From an uncultured bacterium (GTDB lineage: Bacteria; Verrucomicrobiota; Verrucomicrobiia; Limisphaerales; UBA8199), in contig CAVVMW010000015.1 of assembly GCA_963749495.1 (NCBI GenBank), positions 320,001 through 384,000 of the forward strand: a stretch of DNA of 64,000 nucleotides, in the 5' to 3' direction. The position numbers and the translations under genes are program-made. The notes beneath the pieces are model-generated. The model worked only from the letters and a program-made list of their open reading frames with translations, ran no database searches and was not told the origin of the DNA. Positions 1 to 11,331 of this stretch are shown one piece after another; position 1 is the first letter of the stretch, and every line of letters starts with the position of its first letter.

Positions 1-139
1 AGGCTGGGCCCGGCAGGAGGGCAGTCGCGGGCGGGGCCTCACCGTCGGCAGGCTGATTCCGGGACGTGCCCGCCGGGCGAATTTATCGGGCCGAGGCGCG
101 TGGGTGCGGGACAAAACAGTGACCATTAGACCTGTTCAT

Positions 140-270
140 TTCCGCGTGTTCCGCGTATTCGGCGGTTCATTCTTCTTCGGGGCTTTCCCAGCCTCGCCGG
201 CCATGGAAACCAATCTCATTGATGAGGCAGAATCCTGAGGGCAACCGCGGAATACGCGGAATACGCGGAA
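140..270. repeat. Nonamer-type inverted repeat arms (TTCCGCGTG/TA ... AACCGCGGAATACGCGGAATACGCGGAA)
   Basis: Tandem 9-mers at 140-167 and their reverse complement at 243-270; same family at 48292-48370. Confidence 0.8.
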
Positions 271-353
271 GACAGAGCCGCTCAGCGATCCCGAGTGGGG
301 ACTCGGCCGGCATTGGGGCAGCCCCATTTCATTGCGGTGGCAATTAGATCTGT

Positions 354-957
354 AACCGCGAATGAACGCCAATGAACGCGAATAGAGAGCCCGTTTTGAT
401 AGACTCGTCCAGCCTGCAACCCCGTTGAGTGCAACCGCGAATGAACGCCAATGAACGCGAATAGAGAGCTGCTTCGGAAGGAAGAGGTTTACAAGGTGGT
501 GGGGAGCGCCATCGAGGTGCTCAATGGCATCGGACACGGCCTGCACGAGAAGCCGTATGAGAACGCGCTGGTGGTGGAATTCGGCCCGGCTGGGATTCCG
601 TATGCGCAGCAGCCGCGGTATCCGGCAGTGTATAAAGCCGTGACAGTGGGTGAATACGTGCCGGATCTCATAGCGTTTGATGGTGTCGTGGTGGACACCA
701 AGGTCATTGATGCGATTACCGATCACGAGCGCGGGCAGATGCTCAACTATTTGCGCATCACCGGCCACAAGGTCGGCGTGATTCTCAATTTCAAGCGCGC
801 CAAACTCGAATGGGAGCGCATCGTCCTGGACCGTGCGCGCTGAGAAACTTAACCGCGAATGAACGCCAATAAACGCGAATGAAAACGAGCTTCCGCCTGC
901 CACGACACCTTCACAATACTCCTGCTGATTCGCGTCCATTCGCGTCCATTGGCGGTT
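354..957. repeat. Repeats flanking the GxxExxY gene (AACCGCGAATGAACGCCAATGAACGCGAAT family)
   Basis: Perfect 37-bp direct repeat at 354-390 and 433-469; variant at 851-880; inverted variant at 928-957. Confidence 0.85.
451..843 (+). CDS. GxxExxY protein (PD-(D/E)XK nuclease-like)
   Basis: GHGLHEKPYENAL motif, PDLIAFDGVVVDTK, QMLNYL...GVILNF; 130 aa. Confidence 0.92.
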   Translation: MNANRELLRKEEVYKVVGSAIEVLNGIGHGLHEKPYENALVVEFGPAGIPYAQQPRYPAVYKAVTVGEYVPDLIAFDGVVVDTKVIDAITDHERGQMLNYLRITGHKVGVILNFKRAKLEWERIVLDRAR

Positions 958-1092
958 ACCCGCCGCCGCCGGGCGTCTCGGTCCGCAAGCGGTCGCCGGC
1001 GTGGCAGTAGCCGGCGCCCCGGCGCTGGGCTCTGATATTCCGCATGGGAGATTTGCTTTGACGGCTCCGGGATTTCGGCATAGCTGACTGAA

Positions 1093-3019
1093 ATGCGCAT
1101 TATGGTTTCACTGGCTGCGTGCTTCCTCTGCCTCACAGGACCGCTCGGACACACTGCCGAACTCGAACTACGCGCCAGGGTCGGCGAAGCCAACGGTGTG
1201 AGCCTCATCGAGTACCTGGTCGGGGTCCACTCTGGTCGGGCGTTCGGCGGAGGCCGCGCCGGCCGGCGTGGAACTCCGGCTGCCGGAGGCCAAGGCCGTG
1301 CCGGTGCAGTTCCGCACGAGCAATCATCATGACCACGAGATCGAACTCGGACCGGCCAAGGTCGGCGCGCTTACCCTGCGGCTGCGGCTGGTGCAAAAGA
1401 CGCCGTCCCTGGTGGAACGCGTGCTGGAAGTCGGCGCGGACGCACCGCAACGCTTCGCCATCACCTTCCCGCTCGACGTGACTGTGGAAGGTGAATTCGC
1501 CTCGTTTTCCGGCCCGGAAAGGGCTCGAACGCTTTACGACACGGTACGCGGTTCGGCCAGGGTCGAGACCTTCCCGGTGGCGATGGTCCGGACGGCTCGC
1601 CAGGTCTTTGGCTTGATCGCGGACTCGCCCGGCCTGTGGGAAAACCGTTGCCAGGTGCTCCTGGACCCGCTCGCCCACCAGTTGGCGGTCCTGACCGGCG
1701 ATGGGCGCGCTCCCTATCCACTCGTCATTAAGCCCCCGGAAGACGCGCGCGACACCTACCAATACCAGATGGACGGCTGGCAATCCCTGGCGGCCGGCGA
1801 AACCCGCCGCTTTACAACCTGGGTTTTCGCCAGCCCGGCGCGCTCCCATTATGACGCGCAGGTGGCCGCTCATCTCGCCGTCGCCAATGGCAAGGGCTGG
1901 AACTCCTGTCTCGTCGAGGCCATCCTGCGAAACACCTCGCTCTACCTGCTGCGCCGTAACCTGGCCCTCGATGCCAACAACCAGCCGCGTGACGGGCGCT
2001 ACATCTTCATCTCCGGCCCCGGTTACGGATGGAAGCAATGGGTCTCGGATGGCTTCTACACCGCGTTGGGGCTGGATGACCCGGAGAAGACCATCGAGTC
2101 CAACCGCGCAGTGTTCTGGACCCGCATGGATTACGAAGACAACGCGCAGTATTACCTCATCTGGGCGGTGCTCATGAAACGCGCGGGAGGCACGGTCAAC
2201 GACACGCTCGCCCGCCAAGCTTACCAGTTCCTTCGCCACAACGAGAAAGGCGGCCTGTTCATTCCGCCCCCCTTGCCGGGTGCGCCCAATGCCAAGGGAT
2301 GGAAGACGTATCACGACGTGTTGCCTTACGACGATGACGATTCGCCCGCCAGCGATCAGGGCTTCCATTGTGGGGCATTGCTCGCGGCGAAAGAACTGGG
2401 ACTCGGTGTCACTGACCAGGACATCGAGCAGGCGATTGCGGCGTACCGGTCGCTGTTCAACAGCGAGCGGGGGTTCATGCCCACCAGCCGCAAGCAGCGC
2501 AACGTCCTGGGACAGGACACGCTCTACGGGGCAACGCTGACATACGCGGTGTTCGGGAAGAAACTGCTCACCGATGAGCAGGTCCTGACCCACGTTCGCA
2601 CCTCGGAGAAAGTGAAGACGCCCTACGGTCTGCGCGTCATTTCCCAAGCCGACGGCTCGTTGCTGCCCGGCCACAGCGGCGTGTATTGCTACGGCGGCTC
2701 CTGGTTCCTGAATGACGCCGCGAATTACCTGTTGGCGGGCGTCCACGGTCTGCCGGCGGCCGAAGTGGATGCGCTGCTGGTCGAGCGCATCGCGCGGGAA
2801 ATCGCCTACGCGCCCGCTTTCAATGAATCCATCAGCACCGTCACCGGGAGGCCGCACGGCCACATCCTCTACTCGTGGAACTCCGGCTACTGGTGGCTCC
2901 GGCGGGAAATCCGCAAGCGACTTGGCCAAACCGGCCCAGACCCGGTGAACGCCGCCATAGACCGGCGGTTCGCAGTGGCCCTGCAAGACGGCAGGTTGCG
3001 GCTGGAACCAGAACATTAG
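1093..3019 (+). CDS. Secreted putative (alpha/alpha)6-barrel glycoside hydrolase, frameshifted near 1240-1265
   Basis: Signal-peptide ORF 1093.. continues as the 583-aa ORF 1268..3019 (TPYGLR, YCYGGSWF, FNE motifs). Confidence 0.55.
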
Positions 3020-3280
3020 CTGCCACGAAAATTACCAGGTCTTCATTGCCCGGGCGGATGGAACGGGGAAGAGACACATCGACACCGTATGTCATGCGCC
3101 TGGCGGACCACCTTGAACGGCGTCTCACCGATTTGAAACGTGGCCAGGCGGCCATGTGGCTGCGGTGGCAGCCCACATCAGGTGAAGCTTGGTGAGCCGA
3201 CTTCTGGAGAAGGCTCAACGGAGTGGCGAGGGTACTAGAAGCAGATTCACGATTCTGCTGGTTCACCCGAGTCCAAGTAT

Positions 3281-3553
3281 GTGGGCGGACCGATCCAGGA
3301 AAACAAAGACAAGGTGGCCAAGGCCAATCCCATCACTTTTATCACCGCGAAGACCCCGCCATTTCTGATCGCGCACGGCGACTCGGACCCGTTGGTCCCG
3401 CATCACCAGAGCGAGTTATTGGAAGCGGCGCTCAAGGCAGCCGGTGTGCCGGTCACGTTCTACACCGTCAAAGGAGCGGGACACGGGTTTCACGATCTCA
3501 CCGCGGACAAAATGATGATGGAGTTCTTTGCGAAGTACTTGAAGGCCCAATGA
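3281..3553 (+). pseudogene. C-terminal fragment of alpha/beta-hydrolase (esterase)
   Basis: PPFLIAHGDSDPLVP...GAGHGF (catalytic Asp/His region); N-terminal GxSxG part absent. Confidence 0.75.
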
Positions 3554-3569
3554 CAAACCGACAGACACC

Positions 3570-3750
3570 AGCAATCCACGTTGGTCCACAACTCTTCCTC
3601 GCTGGCCGGCTCAGGCACCGAGCGACTTGGCCTGGCTCCCGGCGCTGTTACCCACATCAGCGGGCCCTCTTCGATTTCCCCCTTCCAGAAGGCCTGATTG
3701 CGCTGCAGGGGTTTCAGCCGCTGCTTTTCTTCGATGTAAATGGTTTCCAT
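3570..3750 (-). pseudogene. N-terminal fragment, possibly uroporphyrinogen-decarboxylase-like/corrinoid-associated protein
   Basis: RBS GGAG before ATG 3750; AFWKGEIEEGPLMWVTAP; runs into the convergent esterase fragment. Confidence 0.35.
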
Positions 3751-3818
3751 TACGGCACGCTCCGATTCCCGCTCTTCTCTTGCGCCACATCCAGCCGCGA
3801 CACTTCAAAAGGAACTCA

Positions 3819-6426
3819 TCATTCGGGATCTCGGATCAGTTTAAAGGTTTCGATGGACCACGCCCCGACGGGCGCCTGAAAGGCGGTGCGCTGCGAGACA
3901 CATTCCGCGCGACTGTCCTCCAAGAGGTCCGTGGCGTGGACGGCGTCGATCTTCAGGTGGCTGGCAAGGGTAATCCGGGCGGTGCAGGAGGATCCGGTGG
4001 ATTCATAACAGCGCAAGAGAAGGTCATCCGAATCCTCCGCCTTCTTCAACACAGAGACGATGACATTCTCCGGCGTCACTTCGAGGAATGAATAGCGTGA
4101 AGGGAGCTCGCCGGGATGCTGCGTCCCGGCAATGGCGATCGGCGGGTTATTCCATTCGTGTCCGCGGCGGGGAACCCCCGCCTCGTGCCAGCCTCCCGGA
4201 TGCGGGTACAAGGCATAACGGATCCGGTGCAGCACCTCGCTCTTCTGTCGCGGCGACCGGATGATCGGGGCTGCGCAGAACACTCAGTCGGATAACGTTC
4301 GGCGCAAAGTCATGGCCGTAGCGACTGTCATTAACGAGGCTCACCCCGTAGCCGTTCTCCGAGATGTCCACCCAATTCTGCGCCACGCACTCTTCGCCGT
4401 TGCTCGCGCGCGCGATCGCGCCGTAGGGAATCTCGCAGGTCGCCACGGGAGCAGATACGCTCAAGGGAAACGCCACTTTGACCATCCGGTTCTTTCCCTC
4501 CCAGTCGATCGTCAGTTCGAAGTCGATCCGTGGCACGGCTTGCGCCAAAGCGACGCGTTGGGTGAACCGCGCGAGGCCGAACTTCTTCTTCACCTCAAGC
4601 GCCGTGCGCACCGGCCCGTGTTCAACCCAGGCGATTTGCGGATCCGACACCACGTCCCAGGATCGGCCGTCCCATACATTGTGCTCGGGCTCGCCCTGCC
4701 GGCTCCTCAGGAAACCCTCGGAATCGCCGAAGTCCTCCAACACCTGGATGAGGTTGCCTTGGCCCCGGGGGGCAAGGACCTCGCGCCGGTTGGCCTTGTC
4801 GAAAATGCTCGCGAGACAGCCGGTGGCGGGATCAACCCGGACCTTGAAGAACCCGTTCTCCAACTCGTACACCGGCATCGTCCGCACAGCGTCTGTTTTC
4901 GGGGCCGGCCTTCCGGTGCAGACCCAGTAAGTGCGGTAGCCCAGGGACGGCAGCCCCGCCGCGGTGAAGGCGCAGTGGACCCAGGTCCGCCCGTTTCGCT
5001 TCTCCCGGCCCAAGATCTGGACCGCGGTGCGTCTTCCCTGGTCATCCATCACGACCGCGGCGCGGGTCGAGTCGTCGCACTCCAATTCACACTCCGCGAC
5101 TTCCGTCCGCTCCCAGGCCAGTGGATTAAACACCACCACGGGAACGCCGCGGCCTTTGGTGTGAATGCGTGCCACCATGGCGCCCAGCGTGGCCTTGAGC
5201 TCCGCGCTCACCGTGGTCTGCACATCGCGATAGTACTGCAAGGCGTCGTCAATCGCAGGCGGCACATCCGTTCCCGAAATCGTGTCATGAAATTGGTTGA
5301 GCATCACTTTCTTCCAGGCGTCGAAGAATAGGGCTCGCGGATAGGGACGCACTCTCAACCACGCCGCGATGGCCGAAAACTTCTCCGCGGTCAGGAGCAG
5401 GTTCTCGCTTTGGCGGTTGCCCTTCTTAATCTCCCCCACCGAGGTGTAGGCGCCTCGGATGGTCGGCGCGAGTTCGGTTCGAATTACCGGAAAGTCATGT
5501 CGCTCACGAAGCACGGCCTCAACAAACTGGGCGGGTGTGCTAAACCTGAGCGTGGCTGGTTTGTCGTCGGTCTCTTTCTGTGCCATCAACCGTCTCATCC
5601 GCTCAACGTCCGCGGCGATAGCCCCGCCGCCATGGTTCCCGACGCCGATCAACGTCAGGTCGTCCTTGACCCCGTAGCGCTGGTTCATCGCGAGCAACCG
5701 CTGGTTCACCGCCTCCTGCGGCGGCAAATTCTCCCCGTCATGGATCATCGGTTTGTAGGCAAAGACACGGGACCCGTCGGGTGCTTCCCACCAGAACATC
5801 GATTCCCCTTCGCCACGGGGCCGGGTGAACATATACGAATCCATGCCACTCTTCTTGAGGATCTGCGGATAAGTCCAGGGATGCGTCCAGGCGTCCTGAA
5901 ACCAGGCGGTCCGGACGTCAATCCCGAAGACACGCCGAAAATATCGTTTCCCGTAGAGACACTGCCGCACCAATGACTCGCCGGATGGCACGCTGGCGTC
6001 CACCTCGCACCACAAGCCGCTGCCAATCGCCAACCGCCCGTCCGCCCCGCCGGCCTCGGGATTCGGAAGGCGATCCTGCATGGCTTCCCGCCGGTGGGCA
6101 TAATAACGCAACCGGTAGAAGAGTTTCGGATCCAAAGCCTCCAGCGGCTCAATGGCCGGCACCTGCAGGTAGGTGAACGTGTAATCGGGAAACTTCTCGA
6201 AGTTGGCGAAAGCCGTCTCCAGCGTGTGCTCCGCCACGATCTGTACGGTCTCCGGTTCGTAACGCCACCACCAGGCAAGATCAATGTGAGACTGCGGGAT
6301 CACGTGCAGTGTCAGATCGCCGAGCGGGACCGCCCCGCCAGCCTCAGCGTGCCCGGCAGCCCGGCCTGCCAACTCGCCCGGCACCACCAATCCCACAACG
6401 GTTATGCAGACAGCCCAGTTGCGCAT
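3819..6426 (-). CDS. Alpha-mannosidase (GH38), frameshift near 4225-4245
   Basis: VIPQSHIDLAWWW, VGNHGGG, NQFHDTISGT, CEIPYGAIAR; C-terminal LKKAEDSDDLLLRCYE in ORF 3819..4283. Confidence 0.88.
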
Positions 6427-6557
6427 AAATTGTTGTAGTAGATGATCCGTGGCGGTGTCAGGCCTTGTTTCTCCGACTGCGCCCAAGCCGGAGGGACCAA
6501 ACAAGCCGCCGCCGCGCTGCCCAGAAACTCTCGTCGCGTCAATTGCATGCTCTTCCT

Positions 6558-9070
6558 CTACGGGCCAACCTTTTCATAATGGATCACTATCGCGCTGGGG
6601 CGATCGTTCAACACGACAGGCAGACCAATCTCCATCAACTGTTGGCCCGTGATGACGTTGGCCTCCGGTGAGTCCAGGTTCCGAACCCTGTAGCGGGCTT
6701 CGGGGTCCAGGCCGTGGAGCCGCAGGTCAGCCGTCTTATAGATGCTCTCGCTCCGCCTGAAGACCTGCACCAGGCCCGTGCCGCGGTCTGGCCGGTCGAA
6801 CTGCCAGCCCATCCAGGACGTGTTCTCAAGGCTGTACGGTGTCAGCGGATAGTAATCCCCGAGATAGCAGTCGGCCACGCGACGGAACTGCTGGCACAAC
6901 TGTCGCATCAGTTCGTAGTCGGCGTCTTTGACGCGCACGTCCCAGATGCAGTTCAAGAGGGGGACCATGTTGCTGCGAAAGTCGTAGGCGGCGAAGTTCC
7001 CCGTCCCGGTCCCGCTCAAGGGGATCCAGAACGAAATCCCGTAGCTATGACATTGGGTGCCGACTGGATCGAGCCGGAAATCGGTCCGCCACAGCGGCAC
7101 CGCGCGGCGCATCGTCTCCAGGTCGTTGCGCCGGCCGCCGCTCGCGCAGGAGTTGATCAACAACCCGGGGTGCCTGCGGAGCAACTCATCCCAATAGGCC
7201 AGGTAGCCAGTGATGTGGTGAATCTCGGTGATGCCCTGGCGATCCGGGGCATCGTTCTGCCGCCATAAGCCAAGTGGATCCATGTTGAAGTCCTGGCGGT
7301 ACAGATCGATACCCTGGGCGGTGATCAGATTGCTGACGTGGTCACTTAGCCATTGGCGAGCCTGGGGATTACCCAGGTTCAGCAGGCCGCCGCTCTTGCC
7401 GCCCAGGATCCATTCCGGGTGATTGTCGGCAAGCCACGTGCCCGGGTGAACCCGCTCGGGCTCGAACCAGACGATGGTCTTGATGCCCTTGGAATGCGCG
7501 TAGTCGCTGATGGCCCGCAGACCCCGGGGGAAGCGATTGGTATCGACTTCCCACGTGCCGGTCTTGCCCCAGTTGCCGTCGCAGAAGTACCACCCGGCGT
7601 CCATCCACCAGTAGTCGATTCTCAACCGCTCTTCCAGGTAGCGGGTGATGAATTGCATCTGATTAGCTTCGTTCGCCTCGACCATCTCGCTCGTGAAGTG
7701 CGAACTGCAGCCGAAGAGCATCGGCTCGATTGGTTGGCCGCCCGGCTTGGGTACGTTGTGGGCGAGCATCCAGCGGCGGAAGGTGTTCTGCGAGCGGATC
7801 CGGTCGCCTTTCCAAAGCTGCAATGCGACCAGCGGCGTGCGGACTTCCTCGCCGGGCAGCAGTTTGAAGTGCGTCTGCTCCTGCCCCGCTCGCACCTGCA
7901 ACCCATTGGCCTTGTCTCTTGTGAAGCTCGCCGCCCACTGACCGGGCCAGCCTATCACGGCGATAACACCTTCACCCGGCCACTCGATGTTGAAATAGGG
8001 CCAGTCGCTGTTCGAGCCGCGGCCACCAGTGGTGGCGATGCGTTTAGTCGTCTCACGGGGCAGAACGGTCCGCAGCGGCTGGTAATCATTGGCGCACACG
8101 GGCTCCCGACGTGGTGGTTTAAGACGAACTCGCCCGGCGAGGCGAATCGGGCATAGACCTCGTCCTTCTTCCGCTCGAAACGAGCGTCCAAGGCCTGGAT
8201 GTCCTCGATGATGGGCGTATCCGTTGCACCGCCGTTCTTGAAGAACAATGTCCATTCGACGGTCGGGAAATCGCGGTACTCAATCGCAGCCCAGCGGAGA
8301 ACCAACTTGGTCTTGGGATCGGTCCAGGTGATCCTTCGCTCCGTTCGCTGCGCATCGAGCTTTTTGACGTGGCGATCCAGCTTCCATCTTTCGAGCAGTG
8401 CGGCTGAGGACTGGCCATCGTAGCTGAACGAGAAGGGCCGATCCGTGGAGATCGCCGGGGCCTCCTGTCCCTCAACGATCGGCAGATCCCCCAGCCACAG
8501 GATACGACCGTCGGCCAGCGTGATCTTCGCCTCCGCCCAGTCCGCCTGATCGCAAGTGATGCCGTCGCCGGCGTCACCGACTTCCAGCAGAAATTCCGTC
8601 GCGCCCCCGAGGTCGATGTTAACCCGCTCGGCCGGCATTCCCTCCCGCATGATCCTTGATCGGAACGCCTCCTTTCCGGCGACCGTCACCGAGAACACGA
8701 TGCTGCCGCGCCCCCCGCGCGTCTGCGAGTTGCTGTCCACCCCGACGAAGGACGAGAAGGCTCGGCCCGGAGCGGGCAAACGCACTGCCACCTTGCTGGC
8801 GGCATGGCAGAAGACCCCACGCGCGTACTCCGTCTTGCCGATCGCCAGCGGCTGTCCCATCCGAGTGTTCAGGCACAACTCGTCGAAATTGGCCAGCACG
8901 GCCAGCCCCCATTGGGGTGGGGCCGCGCGCTTTTCGCCGTCAAACTTAGCGGCCAGCCAGCCGTGGAGCTCCTGCATTTCGGCGGAGCCCTCCGCAACCG
9001 GTGGAACCTCTGCCGCCCAACCCAGTCGAGCCAGCATCACCACCGTGATCAGTCGCCTCATCGCTCCCAT
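6558..9070 (-). CDS. Alpha-galactosidase (GH36-like) with N-terminal NPCBM domain, frameshift near 8095
   Basis: NPCBM (GVFCHAAS...GDGITCDQADWAEA) in ORF 7955..9640; WWMDAGWY, VWFEPE, RQDFN, CASGGRRND in ORF 6558..8255. Confidence 0.88.
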
Positions 9071-9365
9071 AGTCGCGCGTACTTGACCGGCAAGCACCAG
9101 GAATCCGACAACTGCGCCGAAGCAACTGGACGGGCGGCGAGTCAGTGTGGTCTGACAAATAGGAGTTTGCTGTTCGGCCACGCTGGGAGGGTGCCTGAAT
9201 TGACGGAGTTGGCCAAGGCCAAACACAATATGCTTGCATGGACCCAAAAAGGCGTGAGGATTGTGCCCAGAGCCAGCACAGCACGAATGACCAAGCCCAG
9301 TAAAAAATCTGCAGAAAAGCGCCGAAACCTCAGCGGGTGGGCTCTGGGTTCTTTGCAGGATTTTT

Positions 9366-10388
9366 ATGCCCGAGCTGCGTAAAGACATCGTCACGGAAGG
9401 TTGGGTGATTATTGCCACTGACCGCGCGAAGCGGCCGCAGGACTTCAGCAGTCCTCCACCCGAGCCAGAACCCCATGTCTGTCCGTTTTGTCCGGGGAAT
9501 GAGAACCAAACACCGCCGGAGCTTTGGGCGGCGCGAGGGAGCACCGGAGCGAACCAAAAGGGTTGGAAAGTGCGTGTTATCCCCAACAAATTTCCGGCGT
9601 TAAGGATCGAAGGGGAGATGAATCGGGAGGCGGAAGGCATTTACGACCGGATGAATGGGATCGGCGCGCACGAGATCGTCATTGACACCCCCGAACACAC
9701 CCAGGCGGTGGAAGAGCAAACGGTTCCGGACATCGCCTTGGGATTGACGGCGTGCCGGGAACGGATGCTGGACCTGCAGCGGGACGTGCGCTTCCGGTAT
9801 ATCCTGGTCTTCAAGAATGTCGGGCGCGAGGCCGGAGCCTCGCTTCGCCACTCGCACTACCAACTGATTGCCACTCCGGTGACGCCGTCTCGTGTGAAGG
9901 CCAAACTCGCCGGCGCCCGGGATTACTATCAGCGTAAGGAGCGCTCCGTGTTTTACGATATCCTGCGGCAGGAACAGCGCGAGGGCAGCCGCGTCGTGTT
10001 CGAGAATGCCGGCTTTTTGGTCTTCTGCCCATTTGCATCGAGATTTCCGTTTGAGTTGTGCCTCTTGCCAAAACGGCAAGCAGCCGACTATTGCAGCATT
10101 GAGCCGGAGGAGATATTGCACTTGGCCGAGGCCTTGAAGGTCACGTTGGGCAAGCTCCACCAGGGCCTTAACAACCCGCAGTACAACCTCATCCTCCAGA
10201 CCGCGCCCTCGCGCGCAGGGCATCGGCGCAGCGGCTACTGGGATACCATCGACCAGGACTTTCGCTGGCATATCGAGATTTTGCCGCGGCTGACGCAAAC
10301 TGCGGGGTTTGAATGGGGGACAGGGTTCTACATCAACCCAACTCCCCCCGAGGAGGGTGCGGCCTACCTGCGAGAAGTGGGACGGTGA
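9366..10388 (+). CDS. galT: Galactose-1-phosphate uridylyltransferase
   Basis: MPELRKD, RAKRP, CPFCPGNE, VIPNKFPAL, GASLRHSHYQL, WHIEILPRL, GFEWGTG. Confidence 0.92.
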   Translation: MPELRKDIVTEGWVIIATDRAKRPQDFSSPPPEPEPHVCPFCPGNENQTPPELWAARGSTGANQKGWKVRVIPNKFPALRIEGEMNREAEGIYDRMNGIGAHEIVIDTPEHTQAVEEQTVPDIALGLTACRERMLDLQRDVRFRYILVFKNVGREAGASLRHSHYQLIATPVTPSRVKAKLAGARDYYQRKERSVFYDILRQEQREGSRVVFENAGFLVFCPFASRFPFELCLLPKRQAADYCSIEPEEILHLAEALKVTLGKLHQGLNNPQYNLILQTAPSRAGHRRSGYWDTIDQDFRWHIEILPRLTQTAGFEWGTGFYINPTPPEEGAAYLREVGR

Positions 10389-10647
10389 GGCGAGCCGCGA
10401 CCGGGGGGCCTAATGCGGACTCAATCCTGACGCGTTTGCCGTAGCGTTCTGCCATGCAGTCAAGGAACCCTCTTTGCACCGGCTCCACCCGCAGGGCAAA
10501 CTTGGGCCGCGCCGAATGCGAGAAGCGGCAGACATCCGCTGGCTCTGCTGCTGGCGAAATCTCCGCAGGTTTCTGCTCGGCATCGCCAGCGTCATCCTCG
10601 TAAGATGGCTAAGAATGTCGTGGCGGCAGGCACAGGCAAATCCGATG

Positions 10648-11121
10648 CTACAGCTCCTCGGGGCGAGGCGACTGGTTCGCCTGGGCGACCAGCTCCCGGG
10701 TCTTCGTAAACTGGCCAGCCCGGAAAAGGCGCCCCTTCGTCTGCCCCAGGTGCATATCCTGCTCCGCCGGGGGCAGCCCGTGCAGCCAGGCGCCCAGGGT
10801 CAGCGGGACGGCCGCGGCGCCCCCGTTCAGCCGCGCCCGAGCGGCCTTGATGGCGGCTCGGACCTCCTCGCGCATCTTCCCTGCGGCCTCCAGCGCCTGG
10901 CGCATCAACCCCGGGTCGCGCCGAGTGAGGTACTCCTGGATCTCGACGTGGAGCTCCCTCGCCTGAGTGACAACGGGAGCCGGATCCCCACGCACCAGCG
11001 GACCACGTTGGCCAGCGCCGTGACGTTCAAATCGACGTTGATCTCCGTTTTCAGGACTTGCCGGGTGGCCACGGCATCGGCTACAGTCTGGGCGTGCAGG
11101 CGAACCTGGCCAGTCCGGCAC
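10648..11121 (-). CDS. Hypothetical protein (start uncertain)
   Basis: Helical-looking ORF; its 5' end overlaps the duplicated tRNA promoter region. Confidence 0.3.
   Translation of the reverse strand: MPDWPGSPARPDCSRCRGHPASPENGDQRRFERHGAGQRGPLVRGDPAPVVTQARELHVEIQEYLTRRDPGLMRQALEAAGKMREEVRAAIKAARARLNGGAAAVPLTLGAWLHGLPPAEQDMHLGQTKGRLFRAGQFTKTRELVAQANQSPRPEEL
11058..11087 (+). promoter_or_regulatory. Putative sigma70 promoter of the tRNA (second copy 57922-57951)
   Basis: TTGCCG-N18-TACAGT about 60 nt upstream of the tRNA start, kept in both copies. Confidence 0.5.
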
Positions 11122-11147
11122 CAGGAATCGCCTGTTTACGCGGGCTT

Positions 11148-11187
11148 GCCAGAGTAGCTCAGGGGTAGAGCAGAGGACTCATAAGCC
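11148..11187 (+). pseudogene. 5' half of tRNA(CAT), truncated just after the anticodon loop
   Basis: Identical to the first 40 nt of the tRNA at 58012. Confidence 0.9.
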
Positions 11188-11331
11188 GATTTTGGCCGTT
11201 TTCACCGCGTTTCACGGCGTCTCTCGGCGCACCCCAAACCTTCATCCTGCCCCGTGTCTGCCGAGTCGAAATGCGTTTTTGGCCCGGTTTTACCGGGTCG
11301 GAGGATGATTTTGCAAAAGTAAGCACAAAAG

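Larger units (their letters stand above)
11036..11187 (+). repeat. Left copy of 152-bp direct repeat (att-like): promoter plus 5' half of tRNA(CAT)
   Basis: Matches 57900-58051 with 5 mismatches by manual alignment; ends at CTCATAAGCC. Confidence 0.92.
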
